From Clostridiales bacterium (GTDB taxonomy: Bacteria > Bacillota > Clostridia > Monoglobales > WRBX01), in assembly GCA_031263785.1 (NCBI GenBank), contig JAISFC010000026.1, positions 2,922 to 66,921 on the forward strand: a stretch of DNA of 64,000 nucleotides. The letters run 5' to 3'. Below are positions 17,227-26,876 of the stretch, one piece after another (the stretch's first letter is position 1; each line of letters begins with the position of its first letter). The position numbers and the translations under genes were made by a program. The notes beneath the pieces were generated by a model. The model worked only from the letters and a program-made list of their open reading frames with translations, ran no database searches and was not told the origin of the DNA.

Positions 17227-18010
17227 TTTCCGCCTCCTTTTGGTTGTTCGCCGCAATTATCCCGTCAAGGCTGACGGCGGCGTTGCGAAAACGCGAGCTA
17301 CTCTTCTCATTTTTAAGGTGAATCGCATTTTGCGGGCACAAATGCACGCAACCCAAGCACCCCTCGCACCTGTCCGCGAAGCGCACCTCATCATCAACCA
17401 CGATATTTCCGCTCGGGCACACTTTGGCGCAAACGCCGCATTTAATGCACTTTTCGTCGACGATATATCCCTGCGCCTGCCTCCCGTTAATTACGAACCT
17501 CTCTCCCGCGCGCATGAGGGATGTCGCGATTTTCCAGCCGATAGCGGCTTTTTCAACGAAATGCCGCCGCGCCGCAATGTCCGCAAGGATTTTATCCAGA
17601 TTTTCCTCAATATTTTTCTCTTTCGTGCGCTCCGTTTCTTTGCCCACCTCAAACATCGGCAGATAATTGTCGAACATAAGTAAACTTTTCGCGTAATCAA
17701 ACCCGCCGATATCTCCCGATTTTCCCCGCCTTTGAGCGAGTTTTGCAACGTTCTCCATCGCCGCCCCCGGCAAATTCCCGTACGTGCCGATTGCAAAAGT
17801 GTAGTCCGCCGCGAACCGCGCGTTTGTTATGAATCGCCGCACCATTTTAGGCGTACCGAAGCCATAAATGGGGAAAATCACGCCGATAACATCATCTTGA
17901 TATTCCTGCGTTCCGCCCCCGACCACTTGCGGTATCGAAACCAGCTCCCCGCCCATTTTTTTCGCCACAGCAAGGCAGTTCCCCGTCGACGTAAAATAAA
18001 ATATCGTCAT
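17219..18010 (-). CDS. flavodoxin-like domain fused to a 2x[4Fe-4S] ferredoxin domain (EFR1-type)
   Basis: N-terminal MTIFYFTSTGNC flavodoxin-like start. Two CxxCxxCxxxCP motifs (CIKCGVCAKVCP, CEGCLGCVHLCP). Confidence 0.75.
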   Translation of the reverse strand: MTIFYFTSTGNCLAVAKKMGGELVSIPQVVGGGTQEYQDDVIGVIFPIYGFGTPKMVRRFITNARFAADYTFAIGTYGNLPGAAMENVAKLAQRRGKSGDIGGFDYAKSLLMFDNYLPMFEVGKETERTKEKNIEENLDKILADIAARRHFVEKAAIGWKIATSLMRAGERFVINGRQAQGYIVDEKCIKCGVCAKVCPSGNIVVDDEVRFADRCEGCLGCVHLCPQNAIHLKNEKSSSRFRNAAVSLDGIIAANNQKEAENE

Positions 18011-18088
18011 TTTGTCCCCCCATTTCACTTTATTTCGTCTTATTCCATATTTCCGCTTCTTAAATGTCCCATTAAATCGGCTTAATCC

Positions 18089-18694
18089 CTAAATCTTCCC
18101 GCGGACCTCAATCGCCTCGCCTATTATCTCAAGCCCGCCGCCCCGCGTGTATCTAACCCCGTCGTTCTCGTCCCCGCCAAACGGATAAAGCCTAATCTCG
18201 CCGCTTTCCTCCCGCTTCACCTTTTTCAGCGTCACCTCCGCGCCTCCTGTCATAACCGCCGCCGTCCCGCCCGACGCAACCGCCGATTGCCGCCTTATAA
18301 TCACTATATCGCCGTCCCGCACCCGCGGCTCCAGCCCGTCCCCGCTCACCCGCAGGGCAAAATACCGCCCGGTCCCCGCCATCTCCGCGCTTATTTCCTC
18401 ATACCCCAATATATCCCGCATCGCCTTCGCCGCTCCCGTCGTTATCATGGAAAAAATCGGTATCAAAACCCCTCGCGGATGCTTATTAATTTTGTCGTCC
18501 GTCATGCCCTCCAGATATTCTATTGACACATTGAAATAGTCCGCTATCTTAACGAGCGCTCCGTGTGAGGGTTTTGCCAGCCCTTTTTTCCAGCCGTTTA
18601 TGGAGCTATGGTTTATTCCTATGGCTTTTGTCAGTTGCGAAGCGTTAATATTGTTAATTTTCATAAGCTCCAAAATCCGCTCAATCACAAACAA
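18089..18694 (-). CDS. XRE-family HTH repressor fused to an S24 (LexA/CI-like) self-cleaving peptidase domain
   Basis: 201 aa. HTH SQLTKAIGINHSSINGWKKG. C-terminal S24-like region (ALRVSGDGLEPRVRDGDIVIIR...). It lacks the LexA winged-helix N-terminus. Confidence 0.75.
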   Translation of the reverse strand: MFVIERILELMKINNINASQLTKAIGINHSSINGWKKGLAKPSHGALVKIADYFNVSIEYLEGMTDDKINKHPRGVLIPIFSMITTGAAKAMRDILGYEEISAEMAGTGRYFALRVSGDGLEPRVRDGDIVIIRRQSAVASGGTAAVMTGGAEVTLKKVKREESGEIRLYPFGGDENDGVRYTRGGGLEIIGEAIEVRGKI

Positions 18695-18737
18695 AACGCC
18701 TTTCCTGAAAATTTTTTTCTAAATTTTAAAAAAAATG

Positions 18738-18766
18738 TTGACAAATCTAAAATTTAGATATATAAT
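18738..18766 (+). promoter_or_regulatory. consensus promoter with embedded palindromic operator, divergent from the repressor gene
   Basis: TTGACA (18738-18743), 17 nt, TATAAT (18761-18766). The palindrome TCTAAAATTTAGA (18746-18758) lies in the spacer, and a related TCTAAATTTTA is at 18718-18728. Confidence 0.65.
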
Positions 18767-18892
18767 ATATTCGTAAAGCGTGTTCATTTTCCACAGAGAT
18801 GCGGAAATGATGGGCGTTGTTTAAGTCCATTATAACACGCAATGTATTCATTTGTCAACAAAATCGAGTAAAAATTTTAGGAGGTCATTTTA

Positions 18893-19108
18893 ATGGGAAC
18901 TTTTGTTAAGGAGCAGGAAGAAATAACGGCGGAACTGCTGAAAATAGCCGACTTATTAAAGGTCGCGTCCCTTGTGGGCGAGTGCGGCAGTGATTCCACG
19001 CACGAATTGACGTCTGTAGCCGAAATTGTGTGCGACAAATTAGAAGAAATAATCGATAGACAAAAAAGGCTTGTGGAAAGCCCCGCAATGCTTGAGTTAG
19101 TGATTTAG
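18893..19108 (+). CDS. hypothetical 71-aa acidic protein
   Basis: ATG preceded by TAGGAGG. Divergent from the XRE/S24 repressor. Confidence 0.5.
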   Translation: MGTFVKEQEEITAELLKIADLLKVASLVGECGSDSTHELTSVAEIVCDKLEEIIDRQKRLVESPAMLELVI

Positions 19109-19186
19109 TACATCATAAGTATTTTGTTTTTGTAGATATTTTGTTTTTTCAGCGCGGGGGCAGGTCTTTACGTGCCTCCACCTCCG

Positions 19187-20836
19187 CTACATGCCAAAAT
19201 TCACTACCAAAAAGGGTCCCGTATCCAAAATGTAGCCGCGGTTGGGGAACATAGGCATGCTAATTGCCGCTTCTTGCGCTTCTTTTAGGTAGTCGCCGCC
19301 CTCCATGCACTCAAAACCCAGCCCTCGCAAAAATTCAAACACAAAATAATTAGGGTCGTAGGCGTAATCAAAATCCAGCCCTTTGGTCACCACGCCCCAT
19401 GAAGAAAATGTCCCCTCCAGCAATTTGCAGGACTGCATGACATATTTCTTTTTTTTGGTCGATTCCGGGATATAATCCGTCTTTTCGCATAGCCAACGCC
19501 CGATATTGCTGTCCGCGAGCACCCCGACATACCTCATCACACTGTCCGTGTAGCGGTACAGCCCGACGAAAACCACCGGCTTGGCTTCATAGTTGTCGCG
19601 GAGGTCGTTGCCTATTTTGGTAAAGTTCCGCACATCCTCGTTGTACCGCAGATTATTCACAAAAAACCACTTATTCATGTCGTTTATCTGATAAAATAGC
19701 AGGAGTAAAATCAATGCCGCCGCGCCTATTCGCGCCTTGCGCCACCTCATCGTCGACACGCTCTGCGCCAAAATCATCAGCACAAACGCCGCGAAAAAGC
19801 CGAACACTTGGCACGCGCGGTACAACATGCTTTGCCCCAAAAACACGGGCATGGCAAAATTCGTCAATATAATCACCGCGAATAACACCGCAATCAGCTT
19901 ACTTTTGCGCCTAATCGCCAATACCAGCCCGCACACGAACGCCGCGATTAATGCCCCGTCGAAAATGGCGATGGGCAGGTAATACGCGCCGGCTATGAAA
20001 TAATTCAGCCAAACCGTCGAGAAAAACGTGTGCAACGCCTCGAGGAACGGGCGGTCGTGCCAATTGATGTACGACGTCGTGTATTCGGAGTAGCCCGGGA
20101 GAATCGGCTGCATGTAGTTTTTTAGCAGCGCGCCCACGATATATCGGAAGGCAATCGCCAGCACGAGCGCCTCCAGCGTCAGCCACAGTCGGTTCCACAC
20201 TATCCGCTTGGAATGCGCGGTGCCGTACAGGCGGCGGACCAGAAAGCAACACATTAACCCGCTTATAAACACCGCCACGAAGGATTCGTAAATCGCAAGC
20301 ACAAGCGTCAGCGCGGCAATCGCCCAATACATGTTGGCGCGGCTCTCCTGCCACTCGTCGATTAGGATTATGCTCACCGTGACGAGGAAAAAGCACAGCG
20401 GGATGCTGAAACTTTGATTGGTGTAAATCAGCACCTCGTTCAATAGCGGCGCGGCGATGAAAAAACACGCGAAGATGACATAGGTGAATCGGGAAAGCGA
20501 ATCCCCGCTGATTTTTTTGAATTGGCAGCACCATAAAATTGCCGTCGCCACCAGCGTCATTATCCCCAAAAACGGCATAATCATCGGGCGGAAGGCGTAT
20601 ATGTTCAGCACCTTATCCAGAATCACCGTGCCGAACCTGCCTGCCGACACAAGCAGATTGTTGGACCCATAATATAGGTCGAAGGACAAATCCTCTACGT
20701 TCGGCGAAAAATTGAATACAAAAAAGGAATATGCCAACACTGCCGTGACTGAAACCGCCAACATAAACCATTTGTCTTTTAAAAATCGCAGAAATAAGGT
20801 TTTGTAACGCTGCAGCATATTCCTTCCCTTCTCCAA
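19187..20836 (-). CDS. polytopic membrane protein, possibly a GT-C-type glycosyltransferase (GtrII/ArnT-like)
   Basis: 549 aa with more than 10 predicted TM segments and a soluble C-terminal domain. The family assignment is by architecture only. Confidence 0.4.
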   Translation of the reverse strand: MEKGRNMLQRYKTLFLRFLKDKWFMLAVSVTAVLAYSFFVFNFSPNVEDLSFDLYYGSNNLLVSAGRFGTVILDKVLNIYAFRPMIMPFLGIMTLVATAILWCCQFKKISGDSLSRFTYVIFACFFIAAPLLNEVLIYTNQSFSIPLCFFLVTVSIILIDEWQESRANMYWAIAALTLVLAIYESFVAVFISGLMCCFLVRRLYGTAHSKRIVWNRLWLTLEALVLAIAFRYIVGALLKNYMQPILPGYSEYTTSYINWHDRPFLEALHTFFSTVWLNYFIAGAYYLPIAIFDGALIAAFVCGLVLAIRRKSKLIAVLFAVIILTNFAMPVFLGQSMLYRACQVFGFFAAFVLMILAQSVSTMRWRKARIGAAALILLLLFYQINDMNKWFFVNNLRYNEDVRNFTKIGNDLRDNYEAKPVVFVGLYRYTDSVMRYVGVLADSNIGRWLCEKTDYIPESTKKKKYVMQSCKLLEGTFSSWGVVTKGLDFDYAYDPNYFVFEFLRGLGFECMEGGDYLKEAQEAAISMPMFPNRGYILDTGPFLVVNFGM

Positions 20837-21484
20837 TTTGCCCCGACGGAATTGCGCAACTACCTCCGCTTTTTACCTCGAAAATGCAGATAAAATGCCA
20901 CGCAACCCCGTCTTATGTTCTTTTCTATTTTTCCGAATCGCCCCGAGCTTGAGTGTACTCGCCGACATCGCGTACGCCCGCGCAATTTCCGCGCCGACCT
21001 CTCACGCACCGACTCACTCGCGTGCCGACCCACTCACTCACCGGCGCAAATCACACCGGTCGAAACAATCGGAAATATCACTGCTTGTCCGACGCCTCCC
21101 CTCCCGTCGAACTCACACGGAATCTCTTTGCCAAAAGCTGCCCGATTTCTCGGGATTTAGCGCAACCTTGCTACGTGCCTTGCCGTTCCGCCATCCCAAA
21201 ACTTTTCTAAGGCGGACACACACGTATTTCAATCGCCCGACGCACTCCCCCGCGCCCGCAACAATTGATTGGATTAAAGGGTTTTTCATTTTTTAAAGGT
21301 GTGCAATGCAAACCGATACGTCATACATGTGTCCCCACATATATTCCGCGGCGAATCGGACTTATCCCTGCACGTGTACGGTTTCTCCAGTCGCACACGT
21401 GCCTTCCTGCGCTTTCACGCATTTCTTGCGCTAACAAGCTTTCGGCAAACAACAACGACTTCCCACACCACCCACCACGAAGCG
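20837..21484. other. 648-bp non-coding region between rplQ and the next gene
   Basis: No minus-strand ORF of 60 aa or more. The plus-strand ORFs look like low-complexity shadows. Contains repeated CCGAC / GAGTGAGT motifs (20961-21046) and several GC-rich hairpins. Confidence 0.6.
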
Positions 21485-21838
21485 TTATTCTACCAGCTCT
21501 AATATTGCCTTTTCAGCCGCGTCACCCCTGCGGGCGCCCAGCTTTAAAACACGCGTGTATCCGCCGTTGCGTTCAGCAAATTTCGGCGCAATTTCCGTGA
21601 AAAGCTTAGTCACTACGTCCTCTTTTGTGATGAACGCCAATGCCCTGCGGCGGCTATCCAACGTACCGCGCTTGCCCCACGTTATCATACGCTCTGCTGC
21701 GCGCTGCGTCTCCTTTGCCCTCGCAAAGGTCGTCTCTATGCGCCCCTTCTCCAAAAAAGACGTCACCAATCCCTTAATCATCGCCACACGCTGATCCGTC
21801 GGCTTCCCAAGTTTCCTCCTGTGAACTGCCATATGCAC
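21485..21838 (-). CDS. rplQ: 50S ribosomal protein L17
   Basis: 117 aa with a typical L17 sequence ([15 protein letters not shown]...), downstream of rpoA. Confidence 0.95.
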   Translation of the reverse strand: MHMAVHRRKLGKPTDQRVAMIKGLVTSFLEKGRIETTFARAKETQRAAERMITWGKRGTLDSRRRALAFITKEDVVTKLFTEIAPKFAERNGGYTRVLKLGARRGDAAEKAILELVE

Positions 21839-21846
21839 TCCTCCTC

Positions 21847-22815
21847 TTACGTGGTTTGCTCTTCCGGCTCCTTTAATTTAAGCCGCATAGCTCCCAACTT
21901 TTCCACTACCTCATCCAGCGATTTCCGCCCCAAATTGCGGACGCGCACCAATTCCTCCGCCGTATAGCTCACGAGGTCCTCGACGGTGCTGATGTTCGCC
22001 CGCTTCAGGCAATTGTACGACCGCACCGAAAAATCCAGCTCCTCAATAGACATCGTAAGCAGCTTCTCGTCCATCTTTTTCACTTCGGGCGCGATTTTTA
22101 TTTCCGTCTTTATTTTGCTTTCGGTAATTTGCGCCAACAAATTAATGTGCTCGCCGAGGATATTCGCCGCGACGCTCACCGCTTCGTCGGGTCTTATGGT
22201 GCCATTAGTCCACACTTCCAGCGTCAGGCGGTCAAAATCCGTCACCTTGCCCACGCGCGTGTTCTCCACCGTGTAGTTCACCTTTTGCGTCGGCGTGTAT
22301 ATCGAGTCTATCGCCATCACCCCGGGCTGCGCCGCCATCTGCTGCTTGTTGCGCTCCGCCGAAACATACCCGCGCCCCGAATTAACCGTCACTTCCACGT
22401 ACAAGCGCCCTTCCTTGTTCAGGCTCGCAATGTACGCGTCAGGGTTGATAACCTCCACCTCGCTGTCGCACTTCAAATCCTTCCCCGTGATTACGCACGG
22501 TCCCTTCGCGTCGATGAAAATCACGTGCGTGCCGTCGCCCTCCATGCGAATCGCAAGATTCTTAATGTTGAGCATTAGCTCGCTTACGTCCTCTTTCACG
22601 CCCTCAATGGTCGAAAATTCATGCAATACCCCGTCAATTTTGATAGAAGTCGCCGCCGCTCCCGGTATGGACGAAAGCAACACGCGCCGCATAGAATTCC
22701 CCAAAGTCGTCCCGTAGCCGCGCTCCAGCGGTTCAATCCTAAACTTCCCATACTTGCCGTTTTCGCTTATTTCCACAACTTCTACAACAGGCTTTTCAAT
22801 GTTAATGACATTCAT
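21847..22815 (-). CDS. rpoA: DNA-directed RNA polymerase subunit alpha
   Basis: 322 aa with NTD and alpha-CTD ([16 protein letters not shown]). Position is rpsD-rpoA-rplQ. Confidence 0.95.
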   Translation of the reverse strand: MNVINIEKPVVEVVEISENGKYGKFRIEPLERGYGTTLGNSMRRVLLSSIPGAAATSIKIDGVLHEFSTIEGVKEDVSELMLNIKNLAIRMEGDGTHVIFIDAKGPCVITGKDLKCDSEVEVINPDAYIASLNKEGRLYVEVTVNSGRGYVSAERNKQQMAAQPGVMAIDSIYTPTQKVNYTVENTRVGKVTDFDRLTLEVWTNGTIRPDEAVSVAANILGEHINLLAQITESKIKTEIKIAPEVKKMDEKLLTMSIEELDFSVRSYNCLKRANISTVEDLVSYTAEELVRVRNLGRKSLDEVVEKLGAMRLKLKEPEEQTT

Positions 22816-22931
22816 AACTCTTCCCCCTCAAAACTCACTTAATTTGTGCTTCATTTATGCTTTTTCGAAGCTTTAATCCTCGAAATTGCGAATTCCCCGA
22901 CTTTGCCATCGGGTACCCCGCGTTTCCAGCC

Positions 22932-23558
22932 TTATTTCGAGTACAATTCCACTATCAAATGCTCCTCAACGTCCAAATCAATCCCCTCGCGGTTGGGCAA
23001 GTGCACAACAACCCCCGAATTCGCGGTTGCATCCTTCTCCAGCCATTCCGGCACCACGCGCGCGGCAGTCGTCTCCAGCACCGCCTTCAACTTCGCCGTG
23101 GACGCGCTCTTTTCGCGCACCGCTATCGTATCGCCTTCCTTGACCAAATATGACGGAATGTTCACTCGCTTGCCGTTCACCGTGAAATGCCTGTGCAGCA
23201 CCAACTGACGCGCCTCGGGACGCGACGTAGCGAATCCCAAACGATACACCACATTATCCAGCCGACTTTCCAGCAGTTGCAGGAGGTTTTCACCCGTGAT
23301 TCCCGTCTTTTTGGACGCCAAAGTGAAATACTTAGAAAACTGCCGCTCCAACACGCCGTAAAACCTCTTCGCCTTTTGCTTGGCGCGGAGCTGCAACGCA
23401 TATTCCGACGGTTTTCGCCGCCCCTGCCCATGCTGCCCCGGCACGGTCGAACGCCGCTCAATCGAACACGCCCCGCCGTAACAGCGCGTGCCCTTTAAGA
23501 ATAATTTCTGCCCTTCCCGCCTGCACAGCCTGCAAACGGCTCCTCTATATCTCGCCAT
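22932..23558 (-). CDS. rpsD: 30S ribosomal protein S4
   Basis: [16 protein letters not shown]... ATG at 23556-23558. Confidence 0.95.
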   Translation of the reverse strand: MARYRGAVCRLCRREGQKLFLKGTRCYGGACSIERRSTVPGQHGQGRRKPSEYALQLRAKQKAKRFYGVLERQFSKYFTLASKKTGITGENLLQLLESRLDNVVYRLGFATSRPEARQLVLHRHFTVNGKRVNIPSYLVKEGDTIAVREKSASTAKLKAVLETTAARVVPEWLEKDATANSGVVVHLPNREGIDLDVEEHLIVELYSK

Positions 23559-23560
23559 TA

Positions 23561-23956
23561 TTACACTCTCCTTCTCTTGGGCGGTCTGCAACCGTTGTGC
23601 GGCACGGACGTAACGTCGGAAATTTTGGTGATTTCCAGCCCCGCCGCCTGTAGCGCGCGTATTGCCGCCTCGCGACCCGCTCCCGGTCCCTTTACATACA
23701 CTTCCACAATTTGCAGACCGTGCTCCATCGCCGCCTTAGCCGCCGTGTCCGACGCCATCTGCGCCGCAAACGGTGTGCTCTTGCGCGAGCCCTTGAAGCC
23801 CATTTCGCCCGCGGATGCCCACGAAATCGTGTTCCCCGCCACGTCGGTCATCGTTATGAGCGTGTTATTAAACGTACTCTGTATGTGCGCCACGCCCTTT
23901 TGAATGTTCTTGCGCTGGCGGCGCTTTGTTCTTTTTACCTGCGTTTTAGCTGCCAT
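23561..23956 (-). CDS. rpsK: 30S ribosomal protein S11
   Basis: 131 aa with a typical S11 sequence. Confidence 0.95.
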   Translation of the reverse strand: MAAKTQVKRTKRRQRKNIQKGVAHIQSTFNNTLITMTDVAGNTISWASAGEMGFKGSRKSTPFAAQMASDTAAKAAMEHGLQIVEVYVKGPGAGREAAIRALQAAGLEITKISDVTSVPHNGCRPPKRRRV

Positions 23957-23986
23957 GTTTTCTAAATCATTCCTTTCGTTTCCGCA

Positions 23987-24352
23987 TTATTTCTTTTTGT
24001 TGGCAATCGTCTTGCGCTTGCCCTTACGCGTCCGCGCGTTGTTCTTGGTGCTCTGCCCTCGGACCGGCAATCCCTTACGGTGCCGAATCCCGCGATAACA
24101 GCCAATTTCCTGCAGCCGTTTTATATCCAGCGCTATCTCCCTGCGCAAATCGCCTTCCACCTTGTAATTTTCTAGCTCCTTACGAAGCTTGGATACGTCA
24201 TCGTCACTCAGATTCTTGACGCGCGTGTCGGGATTTACTCCCGTCTTCTCCAAAACTTTGTCCGCCACATTTCTGCCCACGCCAAAAATATAGGTCAACC
24301 CTATCTCGATTCGCTTCTCTTTCGGTAAATCCACTCCCGCTATTCGTGCCAT
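23987..24352 (-). CDS. rpsM: 30S ribosomal protein S13
   Basis: [14 protein letters not shown]... 121 aa. Confidence 0.95.
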   Translation of the reverse strand: MARIAGVDLPKEKRIEIGLTYIFGVGRNVADKVLEKTGVNPDTRVKNLSDDDVSKLRKELENYKVEGDLRREIALDIKRLQEIGCYRGIRHRKGLPVRGQSTKNNARTRKGKRKTIANKKK

Positions 24353-24470
24353 ACAACAACCTCCGCTATTATCATTTTCATATGTCTCTCCATTAAAGCC
24401 TCGTAAAAATCCCCTGAATCCGCAAGCTCCCTGCCCGCGTCCCCACGCTTATCCCGCGCCCCGCCGATTG

Positions 24471-24584
24471 TCAGCCCTGCGCCTGCTTGTGCTTGGGATA
24501 CACGCAAATCACCATGACCCTGCCCTTGCGTTTTATAACCTTGCATTTCTCGCATATCGGTTTTACTGACGGTCTTACCTTCAT
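24471..24584 (-). CDS. rpmJ: 50S ribosomal protein L36
   Basis: Hand translation gives [37 protein letters not shown]. Too short for the ORF track. It lies between infA and rpsM. Confidence 0.9.
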   Translation of the reverse strand: MKVRPSVKPICEKCKVIKRKGRVMVICVYPKHKQAQG

Positions 24585-24604
24585 CACTGCTCGCCTCCTG
24601 TTTT

Positions 24605-24826
24605 CTATTGCTTGCCGCGCCACACAATTCTGCCCTTTGTGAGGTCATACGGCGTCATTTCCACGCGGACCGTGTCGCCGGGAAGTATCCGAATGTAATT
24701 GCTGCGGAGCTTCCCCGAAATATGACCCGTTATCCTGTGCCCGTTTTCCAATTCGACGATAAAAGTCGCGTTCGGCAACGCTTCCATTATTACCCCTTCG
24801 ACTTCAATCATGTCATCCCTCGCCAC
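24605..24826 (-). CDS. infA: translation initiation factor IF-1
   Basis: 73 aa with an S1-like fold sequence ([24 protein letters not shown]). Confidence 0.95.
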   Translation of the reverse strand: MARDDMIEVEGVIMEALPNATFIVELENGHRITGHISGKLRSNYIRILPGDTVRVEMTPYDLTKGRIVWRGKQ

Positions 24827-24864
24827 AGACGTCCACGCCCTTTCCTAAATACATATATAATCGC

Positions 24865-25131
24865 TTATTGCTCGTATTTTTGCAACGTTATTCTCATTTC
24901 CGCATTCGTCACCTTTTCGCCCGCCTCAAGCTTGTGCGCGATATGCTCCGAATGCCCGATGTCCGCCTGCAGATGCTTAAGCTTTTTCTTTTTGGGATTG
25001 TCGCTTTTGCGGTGCTTCCCGTTGGCAACATACGCGTACCCGTCCTCCATGCGCGTTACCACAAAGTATACACCCTTAAACCGCCCGTTTTTCGAGCAAA
25101 CAACATCGCCCATTTTTAAATTTTCTTCCAT
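24865..25131 (-). CDS. KOW-domain RNA-binding protein (small protein found between map and infA in Clostridia)
   Basis: ATG at 25129-25131 with AAGGAG 6 nt upstream. Sequence MEENLKMGDVVCSKNGRFKGVYFVV. Confidence 0.75.
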   Translation of the reverse strand: MEENLKMGDVVCSKNGRFKGVYFVVTRMEDGYAYVANGKHRKSDNPKKKKLKHLQADIGHSEHIAHKLEAGEKVTNAEMRITLQKYEQ

Positions 25132-25386
25132 TGTACACTCCTTGCAGAACAAATGCAACACTCTCAAATGCCTCGCGACACACTCAACGCCTCACGGCAC
25201 ACTTAATGCCCTGCGGCACACTTGCGGCGCCGACCGCCCATCTGTGAACGCGCCCCTTCACGACCAATTGTCGAAAAGCGCTTTCACACATGGGCAGCGG
25301 CATTTAAGCCTCCGGACGGACAATCGCCGCTCTATAACGGCTGACGTCCGCCTACCCTCTTATTGTTGTCATCTAAAATTTATATG

Positions 25387-26136
25387 TTATAATGCCGTCA
25401 ACACTATGGGGTCATCTTTTGTCACCAAAATCGTGTTCTCGTGGTGCGCCGACCACTTCCCGTCACGCGTAACCACCGTCCAGCCGTCATCCAGCGTCAC
25501 AACCTCGTCCGACCCGCGGTTCACCATCGGCTCAATCGCAATCGTCATCCCCGCGTACAGCCTCGGTCCCTTGTGCCCGTTGTCATAATTAGGCACCTCC
25601 GGGTCCTCGTGCAGCTCTCTGCCCACTCCATGCCCGACGAAACTGCGAACAACTCCGCACCCCGCCGCTTGCGCCACCGCCTCGACAGCGCGCGATACGT
25701 CCTGAACCCGGTTGCCCTCCCGTGCATTATCCATGCCGGCACGGAAGCTGTTCCTCGTCACTTCAATCAACTCGGCTGCCTCGACGGATATTTCCCCCAC
25801 TCCGTGAGTCCGCGCCGCGTCCCCATGAAATCCGCGAAAACATACGCCTATATCTACACTAACAATATCCCCCTCGCGCAAAATGCGCCTTTTTGAGGGG
25901 ATACCGTGGATAATCTCATCATTGACGGATATGCACGCCGCTTCGGGGAACCCTTGATACCCCTTAAACGACGGCGTCGCCCCCGCGGCACGAATCAATT
26001 CCTCCACCATGAGCGAGAGTTCCATCGTGGACACTCCCTCGCGCACCGCGTTCCGCACCGCTTCATGCGCCTGCGCGCAAATGCGCCCCGCCTGCCTCAT
26101 TATCTGTATTTCTTCGTTGCTTTTGATATATATCAT
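25387..26136 (-). CDS. map: type I methionine aminopeptidase
   Basis: 249 aa with typical metal-ligand context (DIVSVDIG..., HGVGRELHE). Confidence 0.95.
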   Translation of the reverse strand: MIYIKSNEEIQIMRQAGRICAQAHEAVRNAVREGVSTMELSLMVEELIRAAGATPSFKGYQGFPEAACISVNDEIIHGIPSKRRILREGDIVSVDIGVCFRGFHGDAARTHGVGEISVEAAELIEVTRNSFRAGMDNAREGNRVQDVSRAVEAVAQAAGCGVVRSFVGHGVGRELHEDPEVPNYDNGHKGPRLYAGMTIAIEPMVNRGSDEVVTLDDGWTVVTRDGKWSAHHENTILVTKDDPIVLTAL

Positions 26137-26153
26137 TAGGCTCCCTTTGCTCT

Positions 26154-26807
26154 TTACGCGTACATTCTCAACAACACAAGCTCAAGCGCGCCGATTACAT
26201 GGGTGTGAACATCTTCAATCGACTGCGTGCCGTCGATTTTAGTCACTCCCGTCTTGCCTTGATAGAACTCCGCTATCGGCTCGGTCTGCTCGTGATAATT
26301 TTTCAGGCGACTTTGCACTGTTTCGGGGCTGTCGTCCGTGCGCGTTATTAGGTCCGCCCCGCAAATGTCACATTTGCCGTCATTTTTCGGCTTTTTCGTC
26401 TCCACGTGATATGTGGCTCCATCCTCCGGGCACACTCGCCGCCCCGCCATACGCTTGATTATCGCGTCGTCGTCCGTCTCAATCACCAAAACCTCATCCA
26501 CTTGCAAGCCGTTAGCTTCCATCATTTCCGCCTGACGCACCGTCCGCGGCACGCCGTCCAAAACGAACCCTCTCTCGCAATCGTCCTGCTTCACCCGCTC
26601 GGTGAGCATATTAATTATTATATCGTCGGACACAAGCCCGCCCGCTTCCATTATTTCCTTCGCTTCCTGCCCCAATGGCGTGTTCGCCGCGACGTTCTCC
26701 CGCAGCATGTCGCCTGTCGAAATCTTGGGGATTCCAACCTCTTTTGCGACAAAACCCGCTTGCGTACCCTTGCCCGACCCCGGCGCGCCCATTATTATAA
26801 CCTTCAA
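26154..26807 (-). CDS. adk: adenylate kinase
   Basis: TTG start at 26805-26807 with GGAGG 8 nt upstream. P-loop GAPGSGKGTQ. Zinc lid CPEDG...CDICG. Confidence 0.95.
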   Translation of the reverse strand: MKVIIMGAPGSGKGTQAGFVAKEVGIPKISTGDMLRENVAANTPLGQEAKEIMEAGGLVSDDIIINMLTERVKQDDCERGFVLDGVPRTVRQAEMMEANGLQVDEVLVIETDDDAIIKRMAGRRVCPEDGATYHVETKKPKNDGKCDICGADLITRTDDSPETVQSRLKNYHEQTEPIAEFYQGKTGVTKIDGTQSIEDVHTHVIGALELVLLRMYA

Positions 26808-26876
26808 AATATCAACCTCCAATTATTATCCGCCGCCATTTTCAGCCGCCTCGTCTGCCCTTGTATCTTGCCACCG

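Noticed and set aside
20838-21296. 152-aa plus-strand ORF in the rplQ-downstream gap
   Set aside because: It has low-complexity Pro/Arg/Ser/Thr/His composition and no RBS. It overlaps other equally poor ORFs in different frames.
20837-21484. RNase P RNA or tmRNA in the gap after rplQ (GGATAAGTCCG resembles CR-I GGAAAGUCCG; GTTCGACGGG resembles a tmRNA 5' end)
   Set aside because: The partner conserved regions (ACAGAA..GGCUUA, a tRNA-like 3' end with CCA, a tag ORF) are absent. The AAGTCCGAT pairs locally with ATCGG ~45 nt away, so it is just a hairpin.
24340-24648. 102-aa minus-strand ORF spanning the rpsM-infA gap
   Set aside because: It is in the wrong frame. The real gene here is the 37-aa rpmJ (24471-24584), which reads perfectly as L36.
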